Assembly (NCBI GenBank): GCA_963761305.1
Contig: CAVXGK010000001.1
Location: 1,568,001-1,632,000, forward strand
Length of the DNA: 64,000 bases
Reading direction: 5' to 3'
Source: an uncultured Gemmatimonadaceae bacterium
GTDB taxonomy: Bacteria > Gemmatimonadota > Gemmatimonadetes > Gemmatimonadales > Gemmatimonadaceae
Shown here: positions 1-10,740 of the stretch, one piece after another
Numbering within the stretch: the stretch's first letter is position 1
Layout: each line of letters begins with the position of its first letter
Made by a program: the position numbers and the translations under genes
Notes under the pieces: generated by a model
Seen by the model: only the letters and a program-made list of their open reading frames with translations
Told to the model about the DNA's origin: nothing
Database searches by the model: none

Positions 1-369
1 CGGATTCAGATCGGCGTGTTCGTCGTCGCCGGGCTCACCGCCGGCTTCGCCGCGTTCCTCGGCGCGAGCTTCTACGGCTCGGCGTCGTCGGGCGACGCGC
101 AGGGCTACGAGCTGTACGTCATCGCGTCGGCCGTCGTCGGCGGCGCGAGTCTCGTCGGCGGACGCGGCAGCGCGCTCGGCGCCACGCTCGGCGCGGTGCT
201 CATCGTTCTCATTCGACAATCCATACGCACGCTCCACTTCGATCAGAACTACGAATGGATCGTGATCGGCTGCGCGATCATCCTCGCCGTCGTCGTCGAT
301 CAAACGAGCACCCGATTGACCGCCCGGCGTCTCGCCGGACGCGCAGCCGTCGCAGGCGAATCGTCGTGA
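1..369 (+). CDS. Sugar ABC transporter permease (RbsC-like), 3' part, truncated by window start
   Basis: GYELYVIASAVVGGASLVGGRGS motif typical of CUT2 permease C-terminus; hydrophobic; overlaps next ATPase gene (GTGA). Confidence 0.9.
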   Translation, partial: RIQIGVFVVAGLTAGFAAFLGASFYGSASSGDAQGYELYVIASAVVGGASLVGGRGSALGATLGAVLIVLIRQSIRTLHFDQNYEWIVIGCAIILAVVVDQTSTRLTARRLAGRAAVAGESS

Positions 370-1871
370 GCGGAACCGCCGTCCGGTTCGAGGGAGTCAC
401 CAAGCGATTCCCCGGCGTGCAGGCGCTCGACGACGTGACGCTCACCGTCGCCGCCGGCTCGTGCCACGCGCTCTGCGGCGAAAACGGCGCCGGCAAGAGC
501 ACGCTCGGAAAAATCCTCGCCGGCGTCTATAGGCCTGATGCAGGGCACGTATTCATCGACGACCGCGAGGTGAACTTCGCCGGTCCGCGCGACGCGTTCG
601 CCGCCGGCGTCGGCATCGTGCACCAGGAGCTCGCCTTCTGCGAGAATTTGTCCGTCGCCGAGAATCTCTGCCTGGGCGCGTTGCCGGTGTCACGCGGCCT
701 CGTCGACCGGCGCGCCGTCGTGCGGCGCGCCCGCGAGATGCTGGCGTCGATCGGCGCCGACCTCGACGTGACGCGACGACTCGGCGAGCTGCCGATCGCG
801 CAACAGCAGATGGTGCAGATCGCCGTTGCCGTCGGCGGCGGAGCGCGCATCATCGTCTTCGACGAGCCGACGAGCAGCTTGAGCCAGGTGGAAGCCGAGC
901 GTCTCTACGCGCTGATCGACGATCTGAAATCGCGCGACGTGACCTGCATCTACGTGTCGCATCGCATGGCCGAAGTGTATCGGCTATGCGACACGATCTC
1001 GGTGTTGCGCGACGGCCGACACGTCGCGACGAAGCCCACGCCGGAGCTGAGCGAGCCGGATCTCGTGCACCTGATGATCGGCCGCCCTGTCGCTGTCTAC
1101 TTCGGCCGGCATGGGGACGACGCGACGACGTCGATTCCCGAGCGAAAGGAGCTGCTGCGCGTCGAGCATCTCTCCTCCGCCGGTCGCTTCGATGACGTCT
1201 CGTTCTCGGTGCGCGCGGGTGAAGTCGTCGGGCTCGCCGGGCTGGTCGGCGCCGGACGGTCGGACGTCGCCGAGACGATCTTCGGCGCGCGCGCGCGAAG
1301 CGCGGGACGCGTCACGCTCGACGGCCAGGACGCGAACGTCTCCGATCCGGCCGGCGCGATTCGCCTCGGCATCGCGCTCGTGCCGGAGGATCGAAAACGA
1401 CAGGGTCTCGTGTTGTCGGAGAGCGCGCGTCGAAATACGACGCTGCCGCTTCTCGAGCGCCTGTCGCGCTTCACCTGGCTCAAACAGACGGAAGAGCGCG
1501 CGCTGGTCGAGCGTCATTTCCATATGCTGCGCGTGCGCGCGCCGGACATTGACGCGCCGGTCGCCGGACTTTCCGGCGGCAACCAGCAGAAGATCGTGCT
1601 CGCGCGCTGGCTCGCCGCGAATGCAAGAGTGCTGATGCTCGACGAGCCCACGCGCGGCGTGGACGTGGGCGCGAAGGCCGAGATTCATGGGCTCATTCGC
1701 GAGATCGCCGACAGGGGCGCGGGCGTGCTGCTCATCTCGAGCGAGTTGCCCGAGTTGCTCAGCTTGTCCACGCGCATTCTCGTGCTGCGCGCCGGTCGTC
1801 TGGTCGGCGAGATGCCGGCTGCCGGCGCGACGCAAGACGGTCTGCTGCGGCTCATGGCCGGCATCGGCTGA
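366..1871 (+). CDS. Sugar ABC transporter ATP-binding protein (RbsA/MglA-like, two ABC domains)
   Basis: GENGAGKST Walker A, DEPT twice, LSGGNQQK signature; GTG start at 366 overlapping permease stop. Confidence 0.95.
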   Translation: MSGTAVRFEGVTKRFPGVQALDDVTLTVAAGSCHALCGENGAGKSTLGKILAGVYRPDAGHVFIDDREVNFAGPRDAFAAGVGIVHQELAFCENLSVAENLCLGALPVSRGLVDRRAVVRRAREMLASIGADLDVTRRLGELPIAQQQMVQIAVAVGGGARIIVFDEPTSSLSQVEAERLYALIDDLKSRDVTCIYVSHRMAEVYRLCDTISVLRDGRHVATKPTPELSEPDLVHLMIGRPVAVYFGRHGDDATTSIPERKELLRVEHLSSAGRFDDVSFSVRAGEVVGLAGLVGAGRSDVAETIFGARARSAGRVTLDGQDANVSDPAGAIRLGIALVPEDRKRQGLVLSESARRNTTLPLLERLSRFTWLKQTEERALVERHFHMLRVRAPDIDAPVAGLSGGNQQKIVLARWLAANARVLMLDEPTRGVDVGAKAEIHGLIREIADRGAGVLLISSELPELLSLSTRILVLRAGRLVGEMPAAGATQDGLLRLMAGIG

Positions 1872-3136
1872 TGATGCCGACAAACGCCGCACGATCACGC
1901 TCTCCGCGGCGACGCTCACTTCTCGCGTGGCTCGCGACACTCGTCGCGCTGTCGTGCGGGCGATTCCACTCGTCGCCCACGAGCGGCGACCGGCGATGGA
2001 TCGCCGCGTGGGAAGCCGCGCCGCAGCTCACCGAACCGAACAACATGCCGCCGGCGCCGGGGCTCCCGGGCAACACGCTGCGACAGCTGATTCGTCCGTC
2101 GCTCGACGGCACCCGATGGCGATTTCGCTTGTCGAACGAGTTCGGCGACGCACCGCTCGTGATCGATGCGGCGCACGTCGCGCGCGCCGGTGCAGTTCGC
2201 GGCGCGATCGATCCGTCGACCGACGTCACTCTCGAATTCGGCGGCAACGCCTCGGTGACGATCGACGCGGGACACGCGGTGCTCTCCGACCCTGTGTCAT
2301 TCGTCGCCGCTCCCTTCTCCGACATAGCGATCACGCTTTCCGTTGCGCGGGCGCCGAGCGGCTTGACCGGACATCCGGGTTCGCGAACGACGTCGTACAT
2401 CGTGCGCGGAAATCAGGTCTCCGCCGCGTCGCTCACCGATACGACGCCCGTCGTGCACTGGTACGCGATCAGCGGCGCCGAGGTGGAGTCCAACGCGGTC
2501 GGCGCGGTCGTGGTGCTCGGCAATTCGATCGCCGACGGACGCGGCTCAGGCACGGACAAGAACGACCGCTGGCCCGACAACCTCGCTCGGAGACTCGCCG
2601 CGGCGGCGAACACACGCGGGAGCGTCGCCGTCCTCAACGCGGGCATCGGTGGCAACGCCGTGGTGCGCGGAGGACTCGGCCCCACGGCGCGGGCGCGATT
2701 CGCGCGAGACGTGTTGTCGCAAGCCGGCGTGCGTTGGCTGATTCTCTCCGAGGGCGTGAACGACATCGGTGGCGCGCGCGGCGCGGACTCCTCGGCGTCG
2801 ATCGCGCGGCAATTGATCGATGCCTATCGCGACATGGTTCGCCAGGCGCGCGAGCGAGGGATTCGCGTGTACGGTGCGACGATTCTGCCGTTCGGAGGAT
2901 CGCAGTATTCGTCGCCCGAACACGAGTCGGCGCGTGCGACGGTGAACGCGTGGATTCGCACCAGCGGCGCCTTCGATGAAGTGGTCGACTTTGACCGAAC
3001 GATGCGCGACCCGGGCGACCCGACCCGCCTTCGGAGCGACGGCGACAGCGGCGACCACCTCCACCCGAACGAGGCCGGCTACCGCATGATGGCCGACGCC
3101 GTGGACCTGTCCTTCTTCGATTTTCGACGCGAATAG
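1871..3136 (+). CDS. SGNH/GDSL hydrolase (putative carbohydrate acetyl esterase), probable lipoprotein
   Basis: GNSIADG (block I), NAGIGGN, EGVND, GDHLHPN blocks; N-terminal signal ending ALSC. Confidence 0.85.
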   Translation: MMPTNAARSRSPRRRSLLAWLATLVALSCGRFHSSPTSGDRRWIAAWEAAPQLTEPNNMPPAPGLPGNTLRQLIRPSLDGTRWRFRLSNEFGDAPLVIDAAHVARAGAVRGAIDPSTDVTLEFGGNASVTIDAGHAVLSDPVSFVAAPFSDIAITLSVARAPSGLTGHPGSRTTSYIVRGNQVSAASLTDTTPVVHWYAISGAEVESNAVGAVVVLGNSIADGRGSGTDKNDRWPDNLARRLAAAANTRGSVAVLNAGIGGNAVVRGGLGPTARARFARDVLSQAGVRWLILSEGVNDIGGARGADSSASIARQLIDAYRDMVRQARERGIRVYGATILPFGGSQYSSPEHESARATVNAWIRTSGAFDEVVDFDRTMRDPGDPTRLRSDGDSGDHLHPNEAGYRMMADAVDLSFFDFRRE

Positions 3137-3253
3137 ACCATCGTCAAAGGTCCCAACCCGTTGTGTCGAAGGGGCTTCGGACCTTCGCGGTTCGAGGGAT
3201 CGGGCTCAGTTGTTCGGGTTCGATGAGCGTTCGCGAAGCGCGACGGTTCGCTC

Positions 3254-3281
3254 TTGACACGTGCGAGCGCGGCCGTAAAAT
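3254..3281 (+). promoter_or_regulatory. Sigma70-type promoter of susC operon
   Basis: TTGACA (3254-3259), 16-nt spacer, TAAAAT (3276-3281) in the intergenic region upstream of susC. Confidence 0.75.
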
Positions 3282-3295
3282 CGTGTGACCATTAT

Positions 3296-3308
3296 GTCAT
3301 ATGATGAC
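3296..3308. promoter_or_regulatory. Candidate repressor operator (GTCAT-N3-ATGAC palindrome)
   Basis: Perfect inverted repeat in an AT-rich patch just downstream of the -10 box; a FadR/GntR regulator is encoded in the same operon. Confidence 0.5.
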
Positions 3309-3495
3309 TTTGCGGCTGTATCGGCTCGGCCACAAAGTCAGCTTGGACCCTCGAGGACGCAGCACTCCACCCCCACGGCGTATCCGCAGCGCGCGTTTTC
3401 CCACCGCGGCGCTCGGCCATGGACCTCGTTGCTCCGAGTGCAGCTGCTGTCCGCTCGCCGCGCCGTACGAATTCTCATTCTCGGAGGAACGACTG

Positions 3496-6400
3496 ATGGG
3501 ACGCCGGATTCTCCTTGCGGTCATGTCGCTGGTCGCGACCGCAGCCGTTGCCACGGCACAAACTGGCGGACGGATCGCCGGTAAAGTGACCGCCGTCGAG
3601 GGGCGCCCGCTGCTGGGCATCAACATTTCCGTTTCCGGAATGAACCGCAGCGCGGTGTCGGACACCGGCGGGCGTTTCATCATCGCCAACGTTCCGGCGG
3701 GGCCTCACACCGTCCAGGCGCGCGGCATCGGCTTCGGTTCATCGACCACGACGGTCTCGGTGGTCGACCGTCAGACTGCCTCGGTGACCTTCGCGCTGAC
3801 GGCGACCGCGACCGAGCTCACGCCGATGGTCGTCACCGGCTATGGCGACCAGGAGAGACGAGTCGTGACCGGCGCCTTCAGCACGGTCACGTCGGAGCAA
3901 CTCCAGGACATTCCAACCAGCGACCCGCTGAAGGCGCTCCAGGGGCACGTCGCCGGTGTCGAGATCGTCGCGTCGACCAATGAACCCGGCGCGGCGATGA
4001 ACGTGCGCATTCGCGGCGTTCGGTCGCTCACCGCGAGCAACGAACCGCTCTACGTCGTCGACGGTGTGCCGCTCGGTGGCAGCCTTCAGGATTTCAATCC
4101 GGCGATCATCGAGTCGATCGACGTCCTCAAGGACGCGGCGGCGACGGCGATCTACGGAAGCCGAGGCGCCAACGGCGTCATCCTCGTCACGACGAAGAAG
4201 GGCGGACTGGACGGAATTCACACCCAGTTCACCGCCGACATGTACTACGGCGACCAGCAGCCCGTGCGCCTCGTGCAGATGATGAACCTGCAACAGTACG
4301 TGAAGTACATGCAGGACGGGGCGGCCGCGGTCGGGCAGGACACGAGCATCGCCCACATCTTCAGCACGAAGCAGCAGCTCGCGATCAAGAACGACATCAC
4401 GACCGACTGGCAAAAGGCCGTGCTGCGCACCGGCCTGCAGCGAAGCCTTCAGGGCGGCGCGAACGGCGGGTCGGGCGATACGCGCTACGCGCTCAACGGC
4501 AACTACTTCGGCCAGCAGGGCCTCATCCCCGGCCAGGGTTACACGCGCGGGTCGGCGTTCGCGACGATCGATCACACGTCTGACCGCCTCCGCGTCGGCC
4601 TCACCGCCAACTCGTCGCGCATCATCACCGATCAGGGCGAGGGCGTGTCGGCGTACAACTACGTGCAGGCGATGACGCCGCTCGGTAAGCCGACGAATTA
4701 TACGAATCCTGATTCAGCCGGCTTGCTCGACCCGCGCCCCGACGACGATCCGCTCAACATCAATCCGGTGCTCGAGGCCCAGTCGGTCACGCGCCAGCAA
4801 GTCGTGAACCGCGTGTTCGGATCGGCCTTCGCCGAGTTGAACATCACCAACGGGCTCACGTACCGAATGAATTTCGGGCCGGACTACACGGCGCTCAATG
4901 ACGGCTGCTACAACGGGCCCTGGACGCACGGCACCTGCGCGAACCTCGGCGCGAACAGCTCGAACCAGGGACAGCCGCCGCAGGCTGGTGACTTCAACCA
5001 GGAAGACTTCACGTACACGCTCGACAACATCCTCCGGTTGAACAAGACGATCGGCGGGATTCACCAGTTCGACATCACGGGCTTGTACAGCATTCAGCAA
5101 GATCATTTCACGAAGGATTCGCTCTACGCGACGAATCTTCCGTACACGACGCAGCTCTGGTACGACCTCGGCTCCGGAACGGCGGGCAACGAAGTGAGCC
5201 GGATCTCGCAATGGCAGATGGAATCGTGGATGGGTCGCGTCAACTACACCCTGTTCGATCGCTATTCGATCTCGGCGACCGAGCGTACCGACGGATCGAG
5301 TCGCTTGGCGCCGGGGCACAAATGGGCGGCGTTCCCGTCGGTCGGTCTCGCCTGGCAGCTCGGCGACGAGCCGCTCATGCGCAATCTGAATTGGCTCAGC
5401 GCGCTGAAGCTGCGCGGCAGCGTCGGCACGACCGGCAACACGGCGATCGCGCCGTATCAGACGGAAGGCACGCTGCAGTCGCGCCTCTACACGTTCGGCA
5501 CGACGCGCGTGAGCGGGTACATGCCGGGAACGATCCCGAACCCGGATCTCTCGTGGGAGAAGACGAAGCAGGCCGACGCGGGCCTCGACTTCGCGATCTT
5601 CAACAGCCGCATCTCCGGCACGTTCGACTACTACTCGATGCGCACGTCGGCGCTGCTGCTGACGGAGCTTCTGCCGGTGACGTCGGGCTTCACCCAGACG
5701 CTTCAGAACGTCGGCGCGACGAAGAACACCGGATATGAAGTGTCGTTCACGACGGTGAATCTGCACAACTGGCGCGGCATCAGCTGGACGAGCGACTTCA
5801 ACTGGTCGACGAACAAGAACTCGATCACCTCGCTCGCCAGCGGCGCGACGCAGGACATCAACAACGGCTGGTTCGTCGGACAACCGATCAACATCAACTC
5901 CGATCCGAACCGCCGAGTCTTCTACGACTGGAAGTACGTCGGTGTGTGGCAGTACGCCGACTCGGTGGCGATGAAGGCGTTCAACGCCAACGGCAGCTCG
6001 TTCAAGGTCGGCGACCCGCGCGTGGCCGACATCAACCACGACGGAAAGATCGACGCCAACGACCGCACGATCGTCGGCAACAGCTATCCCGGCTGGACCG
6101 GCAGCATGTCGAACCGCGTCACCTTCCACAACTTCGACCTATCGGCGCTGGTGACGGCGAAGTGGAACTTCCTGTTCATCGACGGTTTGCCGCGGGCCTA
6201 CAACGGCCGCTTCGGCAACATCGCCGACATGGACTACTGGACGCCGACGAATCCGACGAACAAGAATCCGGCCCCGAATGTGGGCGGCACGGATCGTCTG
6301 TACGCGAGCACACGCCTCTACACCGACGGCTCCAACTGGCGCATCCGCAACATCACGGCGGGCTACACGCTGAACCCGCGCGATGCCCAACGGTTCGGGT

Positions 6401-6534
6401 TGCACAGCCTCCGCTTCTACTTCACCGCGCAGGATCCGTACATCAACTCGAGCTACCAGGGCTTCGATCCCGACGTGGGCGGCGCGCTCCCGACGATTCG
6501 CACGCTGCTCCTCGGCACCAACATCGTTTGGTAA
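3496..6534 (+). CDS. susC: SusC/RagA family TonB-dependent outer membrane transporter
   Basis: Signal peptide; EPLYVVDG and IESIDVLKDAAATAIYGSRGANGVILVTTKKG plug motifs; NPDLSWEKT; aromatic C-terminal residue; GGAGG RBS before ATG 3496. Confidence 0.95.
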   Translation: MGRRILLAVMSLVATAAVATAQTGGRIAGKVTAVEGRPLLGINISVSGMNRSAVSDTGGRFIIANVPAGPHTVQARGIGFGSSTTTVSVVDRQTASVTFALTATATELTPMVVTGYGDQERRVVTGAFSTVTSEQLQDIPTSDPLKALQGHVAGVEIVASTNEPGAAMNVRIRGVRSLTASNEPLYVVDGVPLGGSLQDFNPAIIESIDVLKDAAATAIYGSRGANGVILVTTKKGGLDGIHTQFTADMYYGDQQPVRLVQMMNLQQYVKYMQDGAAAVGQDTSIAHIFSTKQQLAIKNDITTDWQKAVLRTGLQRSLQGGANGGSGDTRYALNGNYFGQQGLIPGQGYTRGSAFATIDHTSDRLRVGLTANSSRIITDQGEGVSAYNYVQAMTPLGKPTNYTNPDSAGLLDPRPDDDPLNINPVLEAQSVTRQQVVNRVFGSAFAELNITNGLTYRMNFGPDYTALNDGCYNGPWTHGTCANLGANSSNQGQPPQAGDFNQEDFTYTLDNILRLNKTIGGIHQFDITGLYSIQQDHFTKDSLYATNLPYTTQLWYDLGSGTAGNEVSRISQWQMESWMGRVNYTLFDRYSISATERTDGSSRLAPGHKWAAFPSVGLAWQLGDEPLMRNLNWLSALKLRGSVGTTGNTAIAPYQTEGTLQSRLYTFGTTRVSGYMPGTIPNPDLSWEKTKQADAGLDFAIFNSRISGTFDYYSMRTSALLLTELLPVTSGFTQTLQNVGATKNTGYEVSFTTVNLHNWRGISWTSDFNWSTNKNSITSLASGATQDINNGWFVGQPININSDPNRRVFYDWKYVGVWQYADSVAMKAFNANGSSFKVGDPRVADINHDGKIDANDRTIVGNSYPGWTGSMSNRVTFHNFDLSALVTAKWNFLFIDGLPRAYNGRFGNIADMDYWTPTNPTNKNPAPNVGGTDRLYASTRLYTDGSNWRIRNITAGYTLNPRDAQRFGLHSLRFYFTAQDPYINSSYQGFDPDVGGALPTIRTLLLGTNIVW

Positions 6535-6569
6535 CCGGCCTCTCCAACTTCACATACGAGAATATTCAG

Positions 6570-8396
6570 ATGAAACGCATCCTGATCTCGACCGTGACGC
6601 TGGGGCTCGTTGCCGGAGCCGCCAGCTGCACGAATCTCGACGAACATCTGATCACCGGCGTGAGCAGCCAGTACTACTCCACGCCCGACGGTCTCAACTC
6701 GGCCGTCACCGCGAGCTACAGCCAACTGCGCGGCATCTACGGCCGCGAGCAGCTGCTCTCGGTCATGCAGGTCGGCACCGACACGTGGATGGCCGCCGAC
6801 CAGTCCGGGTCGAACAATAAGGATTTCGACAACTACGGCGGTGGTTTGAGCAGCAGCTCGGCGCCGCCGATCGAGATCTGGCAGCCGTCGTATCAAGCGA
6901 TCAATACGCTCAACGCGGTGCTGGACCGCGGACCGAACGCCACGGGCATTTCGACGATCGTCAAGAATTCGCTGCTCGGCCAGGCGCACTTCCTCCGCGC
7001 GCTCAACTACTTCAACCTCGTGCAGCAGTTCGGCGACGTCACGCTGGCGCTCCACGAGAATCAGGGCGTGCAGCAAAGCGCCGTTCGAGACTCGGCGGCC
7101 AAGGTGTACCGCTCGATCATCGCCGATCTCGATTCGGCGGTCACGCTGCTCCCGGTCACGCAGTCCGATCTCGGACGCGCGACACAGGGTGCGGCGCAGG
7201 CCCTGCGCTCGAAGGTGTACCTCACGCGCGCCTACAAGCCGTACTCGCCGAGCGGTCAGGCCGACTTTCAGGCGGCCCTCGCCGACGCGAAAGCCGTCAT
7301 CGGCTCGGGCATGTACAGCCTCGAGCCCGTGTTCGCCGATCTCTGGTGCGTCGCACGGCCGGCCGATCCGGGCCGCACTGGCTTCTGCGAGAACACCGGG
7401 TACCAGCAGAACCACAAAGAATTCATCTTCGCCGTGCAGTTCTCGTACGACCTCACGCAGTACGACGCCGACAACGAGTACAACTATCTCCACCTCGTCT
7501 ACCTCGGACAGTACGACAACAACGGCGTCTGGCAGGGCACGCCGCGTGACCTGAACAACGGCCGTCCGTTCCGCCGTCTCATGCCGACGCCGTACGAGCT
7601 GAGTCTGTGGAACAAGTACATCGGCACGCCCGGCGCGAGCGACATTCTCGACACCCGCTTCGACGCCACGTTCCAGACGACGTGGATGGCCACGGTCGCC
7701 GCGAAGAACGCGGCCGGCACGTGCAATGGCACCACGCAGAACAACTGCACGAGCGGTGCGCAGCTGAACATCGGCGACACGGCGGCGGTGTACTACACGT
7801 ACGGCGTGCCCGTCTCGCAGCGGCAGAGCAAGGCCTACATGATTCTCACGCCGTGCCCGACCGACCAGGTCGCGCAGCCGACCGCCGCGACGTACTGCGG
7901 CGACCGCAACGGCGCGAACGACGGCTACCTCAACTGGCAGCGGTACCCGTCGCTCAAGAAGTTCCAGGACAACCTGCGCGCCAACCTCACCGCGCAGCAG
8001 GGCGGCAAGACGCAGGTGCTCATGCGACTCGGCGAGATGTACCTGATCGCCGCCGAGGCGGACGTGCAGTTGGGCAACACGGCGGAAGCGGCGGCGATGG
8101 TCAACGTGCTGCACCAGCGCGCGGCCAGCCCGGCCCACAAGAACGACTACAACGTCACCGCCGGGCAGATGAACATCGACTACATCATGGAAGAGCGAGA
8201 ACGCGAGCTGGCCGGTGAGTTCAGCCGGTGGCCCGACCTCGTTCGCGTGGGCGCGCAGTACTTCGTGAACCGCGCCTTGAAGTTCAACCCACACGCCACG
8301 CTCGTGTCGTTGAAGAACGCGCTGCGGCCGATTCCGCAGTCGCAGATCGACGGCGTGATCATCGGGCCGAAGTACCCGCAGAACCCCGGGTACTGA
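6570..8396 (+). CDS. susD: RagB/SusD family glycan-binding lipoprotein
   Basis: Lipobox AASC; GQAHFLRALNYFNLVQQFGDV, RLGEMYLIAAEA, ERERELAGE motifs; directly after susC. Confidence 0.95.
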   Translation: MKRILISTVTLGLVAGAASCTNLDEHLITGVSSQYYSTPDGLNSAVTASYSQLRGIYGREQLLSVMQVGTDTWMAADQSGSNNKDFDNYGGGLSSSSAPPIEIWQPSYQAINTLNAVLDRGPNATGISTIVKNSLLGQAHFLRALNYFNLVQQFGDVTLALHENQGVQQSAVRDSAAKVYRSIIADLDSAVTLLPVTQSDLGRATQGAAQALRSKVYLTRAYKPYSPSGQADFQAALADAKAVIGSGMYSLEPVFADLWCVARPADPGRTGFCENTGYQQNHKEFIFAVQFSYDLTQYDADNEYNYLHLVYLGQYDNNGVWQGTPRDLNNGRPFRRLMPTPYELSLWNKYIGTPGASDILDTRFDATFQTTWMATVAAKNAAGTCNGTTQNNCTSGAQLNIGDTAAVYYTYGVPVSQRQSKAYMILTPCPTDQVAQPTAATYCGDRNGANDGYLNWQRYPSLKKFQDNLRANLTAQQGGKTQVLMRLGEMYLIAAEADVQLGNTAEAAAMVNVLHQRAASPAHKNDYNVTAGQMNIDYIMEERERELAGEFSRWPDLVRVGAQYFVNRALKFNPHATLVSLKNALRPIPQSQIDGVIIGPKYPQNPGY

Positions 8397-8401
8397 CGCT
8401 C

Positions 8402-10726
8402 ATGGAGGGGATGGTCTCCACCGCCAGCGGCGCGCCGTACCAGGACGCGTCGCTGGCGGTGGAACAGCGGGTCGCCGATCTCCTGTCGCGCATGTCGCTC
8501 GAGGAGAAAGCGGCGCAGATGATGTGCGTCTGGCAGCAGAAGGCTACGACGCTCGTCGACGCGCGCGGCGAGTTCGACCTCGCCAAGGCACGCGCGTCGT
8601 TCGCCCACGGGCACGGCATCGGCCAGGTCGGCCGGCCGAGCGACGCCGGCGGCGGACGGACCGCGCGCCAGCAGGCCGATCTCACCAACGCGATTCAGAA
8701 GTTCTTCATCGAAGAGAGCCGGCTCGGCGTTCCCGTGATCTTTCATGAGGAATGTCTGCATGGCCACGCCGCGCCCGGCGCGACGAGCTTTCCGCAACCG
8801 ATCGGGTTGGCGGCGACGTTCAATCCTACTCTGATAACGGCGCTGTACACCATGACGGCGCTCGAGGCGCGCGTCCGCGGAACCCACCAGGCGCTCACGC
8901 CGGTCGTCGACGTGGCGCGCGACCCGCGCTGGGGACGTGTCGAGGAAACGTTCGGCGAAGATCCGTATCTCGTTTCGCGCATGGGCATCGCCGCCGTTCG
9001 CGGCTTCCAGGGCGACGCCACGTTCCGCGACAAGACGCGCGTCATCGCCACGCTCAAGCACTTCGTCGCGCACGGACAGCCCGAGTCGGGCATGAACTGC
9101 GCCCCCGCGAACGTGTCCCTCCGTGTCCTGCGCGAGACGTTTCTCTCCACGTTCGAAGCGGCGATCCGCGAGGCGGGCGCGCTGAGCGTGATGGCGTCGT
9201 ACAACGAGGTCGACGGCGTTCCGTCGCACGCCAACCGCTGGCTCCTGCGCGACGTGCTGCGCGACGAGTGGGGCTTCGAGGGATCCGTCGTCTCCGACTA
9301 CAACGCGATCTGGGAGCTCTCCGATCGCCCCGAGACGCACGGCCACCACGTGGCGCACGACAAGCGCGAAGCGTGCCTGCTCGCCGTCCGTGCCGGGGTG
9401 AACATCGAATTTCCTGAACCTGACTGTTACCTCAATCTCATAGAACTGGTCCGCGACGGCGTCCTCGAGGAGCGCGAGCTCGACGACCTCGTGGCGCCGA
9501 TGCTGCGACAGAAATTCGCGCTCGGCCTGTTCGACGATCCGTACGTCAACGCCGCCGAGGCCGAGCGCGTCGTCGGCTGCGACGCGCATCGGCAGCTCGC
9601 GCTCCAAGCGGCCCGCGAAACGATCACGCTGCTCAAGAACGACGGCGACCTGCTGCCGCTCGACCTGCGCTCCATTCGCACCATCGCCGTCATCGGCCCG
9701 AACGCGAATCGCAGTCTCCTGGGCGGCTACAGCGGCGTCCCGAAGTACGACGTCACCGTGCTGCAAGGCATCCGCGACTTCGTGGGCGATCACGCGCAGG
9801 TGCTCTACGCCGAAGGCTGCAAGATCACGCGCGGCGGCTCGTGGAACGCGGACGAGGTCGTCGCCAGCGATCCCGCCGAAGATCGCAAGCAGATCGCCGA
9901 CGCGGTGAAGGTCGCCAAGAAGGCGGACGTGATCGTGCTGGCGATCGGTGGCAACGAGCAGACGTCGCGCGAGGCGTGGAACCTCCGCCACATGGGCGAC
10001 CGCGCGAGCCTCGATCTCCTCGGCCGCCAGAACGAGCTCGTCGCCGCGATGATCGCCACGGGCAAGCCGGTCGTCGCGCTCGGGTTCAACGGACGCCCGT
10101 TGTCTTTCACGCATCTCAGCCGGACCGTGCCGGCGATTCTCGAGTGCTGGTACCTCGGCCAGGAGAACGGGCAGGCCGTCGCCGAAACGTTGTTCGGCGA
10201 GAACAACCCGGGCGGTAAGCTGCCGATCACCGTCGCGCGTTCGGCCGGACACCTGCCGGCGTTCTACAACCACAAGCCGTCGGCGCGGCGTGGATATTTG
10301 TTCGACGACGTGTCGCCGCTCTACGCGTTCGGGTTTGGCTTGAGCTACACGACCTTCGCGCTGTCGAACGTTCGTCTCGACGCCGACACGATTCATCCCG
10401 ACAGATCGACCACCGTTCGCGTGGACGTCAAGAACACCGGCGAGCGCGCGGGCAGCGAAGTCGTGCAGATGTACATCCGTGACGTCGTGAGCTCGGTGAC
10501 GCGTCCGGTGAAAGAACTGAAAGGCTTCGCCAAGGTGACGCTCGCGCCCGGGGAATCCACCACGGTGGCGATTCCAATCGCGCCGAGCGCGCTGGCGTTC
10601 TACGACATCGACATGCGCCGCATCGTGGAACCCGGTGAATTCCGGATCATGGTCGGCACGTCGTCGCGCGACGAAGATCTCACGACCGTCGTGCTCCGCG
10701 TCGACGGTTCACCCACGCACTCATAG
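8402..10726 (+). CDS. GH3 beta-glucosidase/beta-xylosidase, no obvious signal peptide
   Basis: RDPRWGRVEETFGEDP, KHF, VVSDY nucleophile motif, Fn3-like C-terminus; alternative start at 8411. Confidence 0.93.
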   Translation: MEGMVSTASGAPYQDASLAVEQRVADLLSRMSLEEKAAQMMCVWQQKATTLVDARGEFDLAKARASFAHGHGIGQVGRPSDAGGGRTARQQADLTNAIQKFFIEESRLGVPVIFHEECLHGHAAPGATSFPQPIGLAATFNPTLITALYTMTALEARVRGTHQALTPVVDVARDPRWGRVEETFGEDPYLVSRMGIAAVRGFQGDATFRDKTRVIATLKHFVAHGQPESGMNCAPANVSLRVLRETFLSTFEAAIREAGALSVMASYNEVDGVPSHANRWLLRDVLRDEWGFEGSVVSDYNAIWELSDRPETHGHHVAHDKREACLLAVRAGVNIEFPEPDCYLNLIELVRDGVLEERELDDLVAPMLRQKFALGLFDDPYVNAAEAERVVGCDAHRQLALQAARETITLLKNDGDLLPLDLRSIRTIAVIGPNANRSLLGGYSGVPKYDVTVLQGIRDFVGDHAQVLYAEGCKITRGGSWNADEVVASDPAEDRKQIADAVKVAKKADVIVLAIGGNEQTSREAWNLRHMGDRASLDLLGRQNELVAAMIATGKPVVALGFNGRPLSFTHLSRTVPAILECWYLGQENGQAVAETLFGENNPGGKLPITVARSAGHLPAFYNHKPSARRGYLFDDVSPLYAFGFGLSYTTFALSNVRLDADTIHPDRSTTVRVDVKNTGERAGSEVVQMYIRDVVSSVTRPVKELKGFAKVTLAPGESTTVAIPIAPSALAFYDIDMRRIVEPGEFRIMVGTSSRDEDLTTVVLRVDGSPTHS

Positions 10727-10740
10727 CCCAAGGTCGCGAC

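Noticed and set aside
3301..3495. 65-codon N-terminal extension of SusC in the ORF track
   Set aside because: RBS and signal peptide fit ATG 3496; the extension overlaps the promoter/operator region
8180..10396. Long antisense ORFs (e.g. 738 aa here, also 6453-8294, 15561-17555, 21212-23422, 51297-53276)
   Set aside because: Shadow frames of real genes caused by high GC3; Arg/Ala-rich with no recognisable motifs
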